Source of the DNA: an uncultured delta proteobacterium
GTDB taxonomy: Bacteria > Desulfobacterota > Desulfobacteria > Desulfobacterales > SpSt-501
DNA: 64,000 bases
Assembly (NCBI GenBank): GCA_963828345.1
Contig: CAWHEZ010000043.1
Coordinates: forward strand, 7,918 to 71,917
Direction of reading: 5' to 3'
In this document: one piece after another, positions 55,638-64,000 of the stretch
Position numbering within the stretch: the stretch's first letter is position 1
Layout: every line of letters starts with the position of its first letter
The notes under the pieces: generated by a model
The model's database searches: none
Told to the model about the DNA's origin: nothing
The model's input: the letters and a program-made list of their open reading frames with translations, nothing else
Position numbers and translations under genes: made by a program

Positions 55638-57763
55638 TATCTCTTCTCGATCGCATTCAGCACCTGGTTGGCCGACTCGGTCACGGGGGTGCCCGGGCCG
55701 AAGACGCACGCCGCGCCGGCGCCGTGGAGGAACTCGTAATCTTTTGGCGGGATGATGCCGCCCACGACCACCAGGATGTCCCCCCCGCCCGCTTGCTTCA
55801 GGGCCTTGACCAGCTCCGGGACCAGGGTCTTGTGCCCGGCCGCCAGGGTGGAGACCCCGATGACGTGGACGTCGTTTTCGACGGCCATGCGGGCGGCCTC
55901 CTCGGGGGTCTGGAACATCGGCCCGATGTCCACGTCGAACCCCAGATCGGCAAAGCCGGACGCGATGACCTTCATGCCGCGGTCGTGGCCGTCCTGGCCC
56001 ATCTTGGCCACCAGGATCCGCGGCCGCCGGCCCTCGCGCTCCTTGAACTGATCGGTGCGCTTGCGCAGGGTCTTGATGATCTCGCTGTCGCCGTACTCGG
56101 CCGAGTACACCCCGGACACGGCCCGGGTGGTGGCGACGAAGCGCCCGAAGACCTTCTCCAGCGCGTCGGACACCTCGCCCACGGTGGCGCGCGCCCGCAC
56201 GGCGGCAATCGTGAGCTCGAGCAGGTTGCCGCCGCCCTCGGCGCCTTTCGTGAGCGCGGCGAGCGCCTGCGCCACGTCCTGCGGGTTGCGCCGCGCGCGG
56301 ATCTCTTTCAGCCGCGCGACCTGCTCGTCGCGCACGCCGGCCGAGACCTCCAGGATGTCGAGCTTCGCGTCGTCCTGGGTCTGGTATTTGTTGACCCCGA
56401 CGATGACGTCCAGCCCCTGGTCGATGCGGGCCTGGCGGCGGGCGGCCGCCTCCTCGATGCGCAGCTTGGGCATCCCGGTCTCGATGGCCTTGGCCATCCC
56501 GCCGAGTTCCTCCACCTCCTGGATGATCCGGGCGGACTCGCGGATGATGCCGTCGGTCAGCGCCTCGACGTAGTAGGAGCCCGCGAGCGGATCGATCACG
56601 CGGCAGACCTGGCTTTCCTCCTGCACGATCAGCTGCGTGTTGCGCGCGATGCGGGCGGAGAAGTCGGTGGGCAGGCCGATCGCCTCGTCGAAGGAGTTGG
56701 TGTGCAGCGACTGGGTCCCGCCGAGCACGGCCGAGAGGCACTCGAGGGTCGTGCGGATGATGTTGTTGTAGGGGTCCTGCGCCGCGAGGCTCCAGCCGGA
56801 GGTCTGGCAGTGGGTGCGCAGCATCGAGGACTGCGGGTCCTTGGGCTCGAAGCGGCTCATGAGCCGGTGCCACAGGAAGCGCGCCGCGCGCAGCATCGCG
56901 ATCTCCATGAAGAAGTTCATGCCGATGCCGAAGAAGAACGACAGCCGCGGCGCGAACTGGTCGATCGTCAGCCCGCTCCGGCGCGCGGCCTGCACGTACT
57001 CCAGCCCGTCGGCGAGCGTGAACGCGCACTGCAATACCGAGCTCGCCCCCGCCTCCATCATGTGGTAGCCGCTGATGCTGATGGTGTTGAACTTGGGCAT
57101 GTGGCGCGAGCAGTAGGCGATGATGTCCGAGACGACCCGCATGGAGGGCTCGGGCGGGTAGATGTAGGTGTTGCGGGTGAGGTACTCCTTCAGGATGTCG
57201 TTCTGGATGGTCCCGGTGAGCTGGTTCTGGCTGACCCCCTGCTCCTCGGCCGCGACGATGTACCCGGCCAGGATCGGGAGGACGGCGCCGTTCATGGTCA
57301 TCGAGACCGACATCTCCTGCAGCGGGATCTGGTCGAACAGGATCTTCATGTCCTCGACGCTGTCGACCGCGACCCCGGCCTTGCCGACGTCGCCCGCCAC
57401 CCGCGGGTGGTCCGAGTCGTAGCCGCGGTGGGTCGCCAGGTCGAAGGCGACCGAAAGGCCCTTCTGGCCGGCCGCGAGGTTGCGCCGGTAGAAGGCGTTG
57501 GAGTCCTTGGCCGTCGAGAACCCGGCGTACTGGCGGATCGTCCAGGGCCGATGGGCGTACATGGTTGCGCGCGGCCCGCGCACATACGGCGGCAGGCCCG
57601 GCAGGCTGCCCAGGTGGTCGAAGGCTTCGAGGTCCTCGGCCGTGTAGAGCGGCCTGACGGTGATGCCCTCCGGGGTTTTCCAGTTCAGCGACTCCGCCGG
57701 CTTGCCCCGCAGCTCCTTGCTCGCGAGGTCCCGCCACGTGTCGTATTCAGGGTGCTGGGCCAT
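55637..57763 (-). CDS. mcm: Methylmalonyl-CoA mutase (catalytic domain fused to the B12-binding domain)
   Basis: 708 aa with the MM_CoA_mutase barrel (..[11 protein letters not shown]..) and a C-terminal cobalamin-binding domain with DxHxxG (GQDGHDRG). Confidence 0.95.
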   Translation of the reverse strand: MAQHPEYDTWRDLASKELRGKPAESLNWKTPEGITVRPLYTAEDLEAFDHLGSLPGLPPYVRGPRATMYAHRPWTIRQYAGFSTAKDSNAFYRRNLAAGQKGLSVAFDLATHRGYDSDHPRVAGDVGKAGVAVDSVEDMKILFDQIPLQEMSVSMTMNGAVLPILAGYIVAAEEQGVSQNQLTGTIQNDILKEYLTRNTYIYPPEPSMRVVSDIIAYCSRHMPKFNTISISGYHMMEAGASSVLQCAFTLADGLEYVQAARRSGLTIDQFAPRLSFFFGIGMNFFMEIAMLRAARFLWHRLMSRFEPKDPQSSMLRTHCQTSGWSLAAQDPYNNIIRTTLECLSAVLGGTQSLHTNSFDEAIGLPTDFSARIARNTQLIVQEESQVCRVIDPLAGSYYVEALTDGIIRESARIIQEVEELGGMAKAIETGMPKLRIEEAAARRQARIDQGLDVIVGVNKYQTQDDAKLDILEVSAGVRDEQVARLKEIRARRNPQDVAQALAALTKGAEGGGNLLELTIAAVRARATVGEVSDALEKVFGRFVATTRAVSGVYSAEYGDSEIIKTLRKRTDQFKEREGRRPRILVAKMGQDGHDRGMKVIASGFADLGFDVDIGPMFQTPEEAARMAVENDVHVIGVSTLAAGHKTLVPELVKALKQAGGGDILVVVGGIIPPKDYEFLHGAGAACVFGPGTPVTESANQVLNAIEKR

Positions 57764-57880
57764 GGGTTCAGTCTCCTTGATTTGGCGGTTCGATCTTCAC
57801 GCGTATCGAAAACCCGAGATTCGCCATCAGGTGGTTTGAAAACCAAGTATCGGGCCGTCAGCCAAGGCGCTTCGACCGCT

Positions 57881-57958
57881 GGCCCGTATGCCCGTCGACC
57901 CGTGCGCCCGCAGGAACTGGACGGGCCAACGGGCCGACGGGATCGGGATCACGGCCCG
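57881..57958. repeat. Word-hairpin, CCCGTNG / CNACGGG family, between epimerase and mcm
   Basis: The left arm is ggcccgtatgcccgtcgacccgtgcgcccg. The right arm is cgggccaacgggccgacgggatcgggatcacggcccg and ends 12 nt from the epimerase stop. Confidence 0.7.
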
Positions 57959-57970
57959 AGACGCCGGTTG

Positions 57971-58375
57971 TCAGCTCCGTTCGCACAGCTCCACCAGGAT
58001 GCCATTGGTCGCCTTGGGGTGGATGAAGGCGATCCGCGCGCCGCCCGCGCCCTTGCGCGGGGTCTGGTCGATCAGCTGGATGCCCTTGGCCTTGAGCTCC
58101 GCCAGCGCCTCGTCGAGGTCGGCGACCCGGAAGGCCACGTGCTGGATCCCTTCGCCTTTTTTTTCCAGGTACTTCGCGATGGGCCCGTCCGGGGCGGTGG
58201 ACTCGAGCAGCTCGACCTCGCTCTCGCCGACCGGCAGAAAGGCGGTCGTGACCTTCTGCTCCGCCACCGTTTCGGTCCCCTGCAACGACAACCCCAGCCC
58301 GTCCGTCCAGAAATTCTTGCCCGCGTCGATGCTGTTCACGGCAATTCCCAGGTGGTCGATCTTCAGGATTTTCAT
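57971..58375 (-). CDS. mce: Methylmalonyl-CoA epimerase (VOC/glyoxalase family)
   Basis: Starts MKILKIDHLGIAV at the ATG at 58375. ..GIQHVAFRV.D...A....G and FIHPK..NGILVEL are typical of the epimerase. 134 aa. Confidence 0.9.
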   Translation of the reverse strand: MKILKIDHLGIAVNSIDAGKNFWTDGLGLSLQGTETVAEQKVTTAFLPVGESEVELLESTAPDGPIAKYLEKKGEGIQHVAFRVADLDEALAELKAKGIQLIDQTPRKGAGGARIAFIHPKATNGILVELCERS

Positions 58376-58474
58376 GGGTCCCCCTTTGTGCATCCGCATG
58401 CATGGTATGGGTTGACCGCTCGCCCGCGGCCTTCGGTTCGTCCGGACGTGCTCATGCAAGTGGGGAAGCTTATA

Positions 58475-59756
<1,282 letters not shown>

Positions 59757-59757
59757 T

Positions 59758-60805
59758 TTACTCAATCAGCATCGCGTCCCCGTAACTGAAGAACCGGTAC
59801 CCGGCGCCGACCGCCTCACGGTAGGCCGCGAGCACCGGCTCGCGGCCGGCAAAGGCGGCCACCAGCATGATCAGGGTCGACCGGGGCAGGTGGAAGTTGG
59901 TGACCATGGCGTCCACGACCTTGAAGCGGTATCCGGGGTGGATGAAGAGCGCGCAGCTGCCGGCGCCCGCCGGGACGCGCCCGTCGGCGCCCGCGGCGTG
60001 TTCCAGGGTGCGCACGACCGTCGTGCCGACCGCCACGACCCGGCCGCCGGCGGCGCGCGCGGCCGCGATGCCCTCGGCCGTGGCCGCCGGGATCGCGAAG
60101 CGCTCGGCGTGCATGCGGTGCGCGCGGATGTCCGCCACCCGCACCGGGGCGAACGTGCCGTAGCCGACGTGCAAGGTGATCGGGAGCACCCGCACCCCGC
60201 GGCCCCGCAGGCGCGCGATCAGCTCGGGGGTGAAGTGCAGGCCGGCGGTCGGCGCGGCCACGGCCCCGCGCACGGCCGCGTAAACCGTCTGGTAGGTCGA
60301 GCGGTCGGCCGCCCGGTCCGGGCGCCGGATGTAGGGCGGCAGCGGCACGTGCCCGACGCGGTCGAGCACGGCATCGAAATCGCCGTCCGCCGCGAACTCG
60401 ACCCGGAAGCTCCCGCCCTCCGCCCGGACCACGGTCCCGGTCAGCCCGCCCTCGAAGCGGATGCGGCACCCCCACCCGCGTCGGCTTGGAGGATTTGATC
60501 AGGCACTCGCAGGCGAAGCCGCCCCCGGCCGAACGCGTCCCGCCGGCGTAGTCGATCAGGAAGACCTCGACGCGGCCGCCGGAGTCCTTGCGCCCGAGCA
60601 GCCGGGCCGGCACGACGGCCGTGTCGTTGACCACGAGCGCGTCCCCGGGCTCGAGCCGCTCCGCAAGCGCGTCGAACCGGTGGTGGGCCAGCGCGCCGGT
60701 GCGGCGGTCGAGCCGCATGAGCCGGGACCCGTCGCGGCGATCCGCCGGGGTCTGTGCGATCCGCTCGGGGGGAAGCTCGTAGTCGTAGTCGTCCAGGGAG
60801 AACAT
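59758..60805 (-). pseudogene. queA: S-adenosylmethionine:tRNA ribosyltransferase-isomerase, reading frame broken in a 5-nt homopolymer at 60469-60473
   Basis: The N-terminus MFSLDDYDYELPPERIAQTPA...CLIKSSKPTRVG is in one frame. The expected ..RIRFEGGLTGTVVRAEGGSFRVEF..VGHVPLPPYI..TAGLHFT..FFSYGDAMLIE is in the next frame. The junction is GTGGGGGTGCC in gene sense. Confidence 0.85.
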
Positions 60806-60821
60806 GGATGTCCCGCCGCGC

Positions 60822-61007
60822 TCAGCTGCGGCCCAGGGCGACGAACAGCAGCCCCAGCGCCATGACCGCGATGCCCACCTTGCGCAGCTGCTCGTCGGGC
60901 ATCTCCGCCATGCGGGCGACCCAGCGCTTCATGCGCTCCGGGAAGGCGAAGTACGGCAGGCCCTCCACGATCAGGACCATGCCGAGCACGCACAAAAAAT
61001 ATTTCAT
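60822..61007 (-). CDS. DUF2065-like small membrane protein
   Basis: 61 aa with two TM segments flanking EGLPYFAFPERMKRWV...LRKVG, the pattern I associate with DUF2065 (YjeT-like). Confidence 0.7.
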   Translation of the reverse strand: MKYFLCVLGMVLIVEGLPYFAFPERMKRWVARMAEMPDEQLRKVGIAVMALGLLFVALGRS

Positions 61008-61051
61008 GGCTGGTGTTGGGGTATTGGTGTTTGGTGTTCAGTTTCTGGTGT
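61008..61051. repeat. One-armed GGTGTTGG word array directly abutting the DUF2065 start codon
   Basis: Read directly: ggctggtgttggggtattggtgtttggtgttcagtttctggtgtc. In gene sense this is a CA-rich leader ending ..aacaccagcc-ATG, with no Shine-Dalgarno-like purine run. Confidence 0.7.
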
Positions 61052-61071
61052 CAAGTCAGTTGCATTCTCCC

Positions 61072-61122
61072 TGTGGGAGCGGCTTTCCAGCCGCGACGAT
61101 CAAGGCTGAAAGCCTCTCCCAC
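61072..61122. repeat. REP-like element: outer inverted repeat TGTGGGAG/CTCCCACA enclosing two small hairpins
   Basis: tgtgggag-CGGCTttccAGCCG-cgacgatca-AGGCTgaaAGCCT-ctcccaca. A second, partial copy with the same flanks (GTGGGAGCGGC...GCGACGAT) is at ~54430-54460. Confidence 0.65.
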
Positions 61123-61446
61123 AACGAACAGAGTTGCTTGCGGATAAATCCCCGCGCGCGGAGTGTGGCGCCATGCGCTTCAACCTCCGGCCAACGCCAT
61201 GTTCCGGCGATCGGACCTTCACCGCCGAAGACCACGAGGGACCCGTTTATACCGTCGGGGCCGGCCGGTTGTCAAAACGGGGTGCGCGGGCATAGATTGA
61301 CGCTGCACCGGACGGGCCTATATTGTACCGTCGGTCAACCCCCACTCTCCTCGCTGAAAGGTGACCCCATGCGCATGCGCGTCGTCGTTCACTACCTGGT
61401 GGCCACGGTCATCCTGACGGTCTACGGCGGTCAGGTCTGACCGTTC

Positions 61447-62907
61447 ATGGAAAGCCTGCCCCCCGTGAAGCTGGGGGCTCACATCCTGGCGGCCTTCGCG
61501 GCCGCGCTGCTCCTGCGGTACCCGCTTGAAAAACGATTTGTCGCCGACGCCGAGGAAATCGCTCAGCCGGCCCGCCAGTTCGCGCTCGACCAGGGCCTCG
61601 GGGCGGTTGCCGCCCTGGTCGCCGCCGGGCTGAACCACGTTCGCTTCGGGTTCCCCGCCGGCAGCGTCCTCAGCCTGATCCTCGGCGTCATGTTCTACAG
61701 CTTCTTCGTTGCCCTGGACACCGCGCTCGCCCGGGAGCACGCGATCATTCTGAAGGTGGCGCGCGAGGGCCGGGCGCTGCCCGTCCCGCACCGCCTCTTC
61801 CCGATGACGCGACGCTTCACGCTGGTGGCGGTCGCGACCGCGGTCTGCGTGTCGGCGGTCAACGTGCTGGTGATCGCGCGCGACATGAGCTGGCTCACCG
61901 GGATCGGCGACGACCCGGCCGCGCGCACGGAGGCCATCCTCTCGGTCACCGGCGAGGTGATCTTCGTCATGGTCGTCACGCTCGGCCTGGCCGCGAATCT
62001 CATCGTCTCCTACTCCCGCAACCTGAAGCTGCTCTTCCGCAACGAGACCAGCGTGCTCGAGCAGGTCACCCGCGGGGACCTCAGCCGCATGGTGCCGGTG
62101 GCCACGCGCGACGAGTTCGGGCTGATCGCCGGCCACACCAACACCATGATCGAGGGGCTGCGGCACCGCACCGAGCTCATCTCCGCGCTGAAGCTGGCCG
62201 AGGAGGTGCAGCGCACGCTGCTGCCCGCCGGGCCGCCGCAGGTCCCGGGGATCGACGTGGCCGGCGCGAGCATCTACTGCAACGAGACGGGCGGGGACTA
62301 CTACGACTACTTCGTGCTGCCCGGTGGGCGGCTGGGCATCGCGGTCGCGGACGTGGCCGGCCACGGCATCGACGCGGCGCTGTTCATGGCCTCGGCGCGC
62401 GCCTTCATCCACGCGGAAGCCCAGGGGTTCAGCAGCCCCTCCACGCTCGCCCGCGACGTGAACCGCTACGTGGCCCGGGACTGCGGCCCGACCGGCCGCT
62501 TCATGAGCATGTTCTTCCTCGAAATCGATCCGGCGCTGAAAACCATGCGCTGGGTGCGGGCCGGGCACGAACCGGCGCTGATGGTCGACCCGGGCGCAGG
62601 CGATTTTCGTGAGCTCGGCGGGGAGGGCATGGCGCTCGGGGTGGAAGACGAGGTGGCGTACCGCGACTACGCGCTGACGGGGTGGGGACCCGGGACCGTG
62701 GTCGTCATCGGCACGGACGGGATCACCGAGAGCCGCAGCCCGGCCGGGGAGTTCTTCGGGGCGGCGCGCGTGCGCGAGCTCGTCCGCGCGCACGCCCACC
62801 GGCCGGCCGAGCACATCCAGGCCGCCGTCATCCGCGCCGTCGAGGCGTTCCGGGGGGACGGCCCGCAGGAGGACGACATCACGCTGGTCGTCGTCAAGCT
62901 GGCCTGA
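61447..62907 (+). CDS. Membrane-bound HAMP domain / PP2C-type (SpoIIE/RsbU-like) serine phosphatase
   Basis: N-terminal TM segments, a HAMP-like linker (..VTRGDLSRMVPVATRDEFGLIAGHTNTMIEGL..), and a SpoIIE/PP2C core (GGDYYDYF..IAVADVAGHGIDAAL..GTDGITE). Confidence 0.85.
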   Translation: MESLPPVKLGAHILAAFAAALLLRYPLEKRFVADAEEIAQPARQFALDQGLGAVAALVAAGLNHVRFGFPAGSVLSLILGVMFYSFFVALDTALAREHAIILKVAREGRALPVPHRLFPMTRRFTLVAVATAVCVSAVNVLVIARDMSWLTGIGDDPAARTEAILSVTGEVIFVMVVTLGLAANLIVSYSRNLKLLFRNETSVLEQVTRGDLSRMVPVATRDEFGLIAGHTNTMIEGLRHRTELISALKLAEEVQRTLLPAGPPQVPGIDVAGASIYCNETGGDYYDYFVLPGGRLGIAVADVAGHGIDAALFMASARAFIHAEAQGFSSPSTLARDVNRYVARDCGPTGRFMSMFFLEIDPALKTMRWVRAGHEPALMVDPGAGDFRELGGEGMALGVEDEVAYRDYALTGWGPGTVVVIGTDGITESRSPAGEFFGAARVRELVRAHAHRPAEHIQAAVIRAVEAFRGDGPQEDDITLVVVKLA

Positions 62908-63055
62908 CCGGCTGTTGAAAAACGGCGTCTCGGTCCGTGATCCGGCGTTGCGCGGCCTTTGGCCATGCTCACATACTGCCGGGTATGCTGCGCCGGCCAA
63001 AGAGCCGCGCGCCTTGGCTGACGGCCCGATACGGGTCTTTCAACACCCGGCCACG

Positions 63056-63773
63056 TCATTCGGTTGTCTTGGGCGTCACGCCGGCGCGCGGCGACCGCCG
63101 CCCGCGCCAGGATCGACAGGGTGTCGAACACGGGCAGCGCCAGCTCCCCGGGCCGCAGCACGAGCGGCAGCTCGGTGCAGCCCGTGATGATCCCCTCGGC
63201 GCCGCGGGCGAGCGAGGCGCTCGCGCCACCGCCCGCACGTCGGCCGCGATCTCGGCCCGCGGCCGGGAGGCCCCCTTGATCGCGTAGATCGCCGCCATGA
63301 TCCGCTCCTGGTCGGCGGCCTCGGGCTCGAGCACCCGGATGCCGGCCCGGCCGCAGCTCGGCCGCGAAGCGGCCGGCGCGCAGGGTGCCGGTCGTCGCCA
63401 GCAGGCCGACCGTGCGGATCGCGGGGTGCCGCTCCCGGATGTAGTCCACGGTGGCCGCGAACATGGACAGGATCGGCAGGCCGGCCGCCTGCAGCTCGTC
63501 GATGAATGCGTGGGCCGAGACGCAGGGGATGACCACGAAGTCCGCCCCGGCAGCCTGCAGCGCGCGGAGGCCCGCCGTCATGGCGGGGACCGGCGACTCG
63601 CCGCCGGCCAGGATGGCCGCGGTGCGGTCGGGCACCTTGGGGTTGGAGTCGATGACCACCCGCAGGTGGTCCTGGTCGCGGGCGGCCGGGGTGGCCGCGA
63701 TGATCTTGCCGAAGAGATCCAGCGTGGCCTCGGGGCCCATGCCGCCTAAGATGCCGATGACCTTGTCTGCCAT
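63056..63773 (-). pseudogene. Aspartate/glutamate racemase family protein with two, probably three, frame shifts
   Basis: MADKVIGILGGMGPEAT..VIPCVSAH.. runs in one frame to ~63355. GRAGIRVLEPEAADQERIMAAIYAIKG..AEIAADVRAV is in a second frame. ASLARGAEGIITGCTELPLV..FDTLSILARAAV is back in the first frame. A plausible end ..GVTPKTTE-stop (63056) is again in the second frame. Confidence 0.7.
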
Positions 63774-63812
63774 TCAAGTCCCCTCAGTACAAGCTATCGC
63801 CTGGGAATATGG

Positions 63813-63941
63813 CAATCGAAATCCGAAATTCGAATATCGAAATTCGAAACAAATTCGAACACCAAATGACTCAAACCCGGTTTTTAAAATTATAGAATTT
63901 CAATTGGGAGCTTGTTTCGGATTTCGAATTCGTGCTTCGAA
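63813..63941. repeat. Word-hairpin, CGAAAT family (copy 2)
   Basis: The left arm is caatcgaaatccgaaattcgaatatcgaaattcgaaacaaa. The right arm is cttgtttcggatttcgaattcgtgcttcgaa and ends 2 nt from the stop of the partial ABC ATPase gene. It is homologous to 25274-25395. Confidence 0.8.
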
Positions 63942-63943
63942 CT

Positions 63944-64000
63944 TTATTTCAGGATCTGCCCCAGGAAGTCCTTGGTCCGCTGGCTCTTCGGGTTCTTGAA
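63944..64000 (-). CDS. C-terminal fragment of an amino-acid ABC transporter ATP-binding protein (rest outside window)
   Basis: The minus strand reads ..FKNPKSQRTKDFLGQILK-stop. This resembles the conserved C-terminal tail of polar amino-acid ABC ATPases (..P...RT..FL..IL). Only 18 codons are visible. Confidence 0.5.
   Translation of the reverse strand, partial: FKNPKSQRTKDFLGQILK

Noticed and set aside
61438-61440. In-frame TGA upstream of the phosphatase as a selenocysteine codon.
   Set aside because: There is no SECIS-like hairpin immediately downstream and no Cys-homologue logic in a TM segment. A normal ATG with the expected N-terminus follows two codons later.

Overview
A visibly GC-rich bacterial chromosomal core region with about 60 protein genes, one tRNA-Gln and no rRNA. 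I see no CRISPR array, no transposase, integrase or phage genes, and no recognisable defence system.

Main gene blocks, left to right:
- hsp20, then a tandem pair of sigma-54-type AAA+ regulators.
- A PD-(D/E)XK nuclease fused to a DinG/XPD-type helicase.
- A MenA-like prenyltransferase and a CPBP protease.
- CbbQ/CbbO (NorQ/NorD-like), TraB, and a SPOR-NlpC/P60 hydrolase.
- purN, trxA, bamD, rpmB, rel/spoT, proS, ispG, mltF.
- A long minus-strand operon: dCMP deaminase, nrdR, ribD, ribE, ribBA, ribH, nusB.
- rpmF, an acyl-CoA dehydrogenase, fabG, acpP, fabF.
- gltX, tRNA-Gln, glnS.
- ugd, gmd, fcl.
- nifU and nifS.
- A complete methylmalonyl-CoA pathway operon (epimerase, B12 mutase, MeaB, transcarboxylase 12S and 5S/biotin subunits, sucCD) followed by hypAB.
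- tgt and queA, a HAMP-PP2C phosphatase, and an aspartate racemase.

The gene content suggests an anaerobic, propionate-metabolising Deltaproteobacteria/Thermodesulfobacteriota-like organism. That is inference only.

The most unusual content is non-coding:
1. Roughly half of the intergenic spacers are built from tandem 7-9 nt words arranged as inverted arms. A few word families recur, and the arms usually start within 0-13 nt of the upstream stop codon.
2. An 85-nt element occurs twice, 35 kb apart. It has a long hairpin supported by three compensatory base-pair changes.
3. A REP-like motif occurs twice, with conserved flanks and a variable inner hairpin.

Separately, about ten single-base reading-frame breaks interrupt otherwise well-conserved housekeeping genes. 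These are either assembly indels or true pseudogenes. Coordinates of non-coding elements are read by eye and may be off by 1-2 nt.
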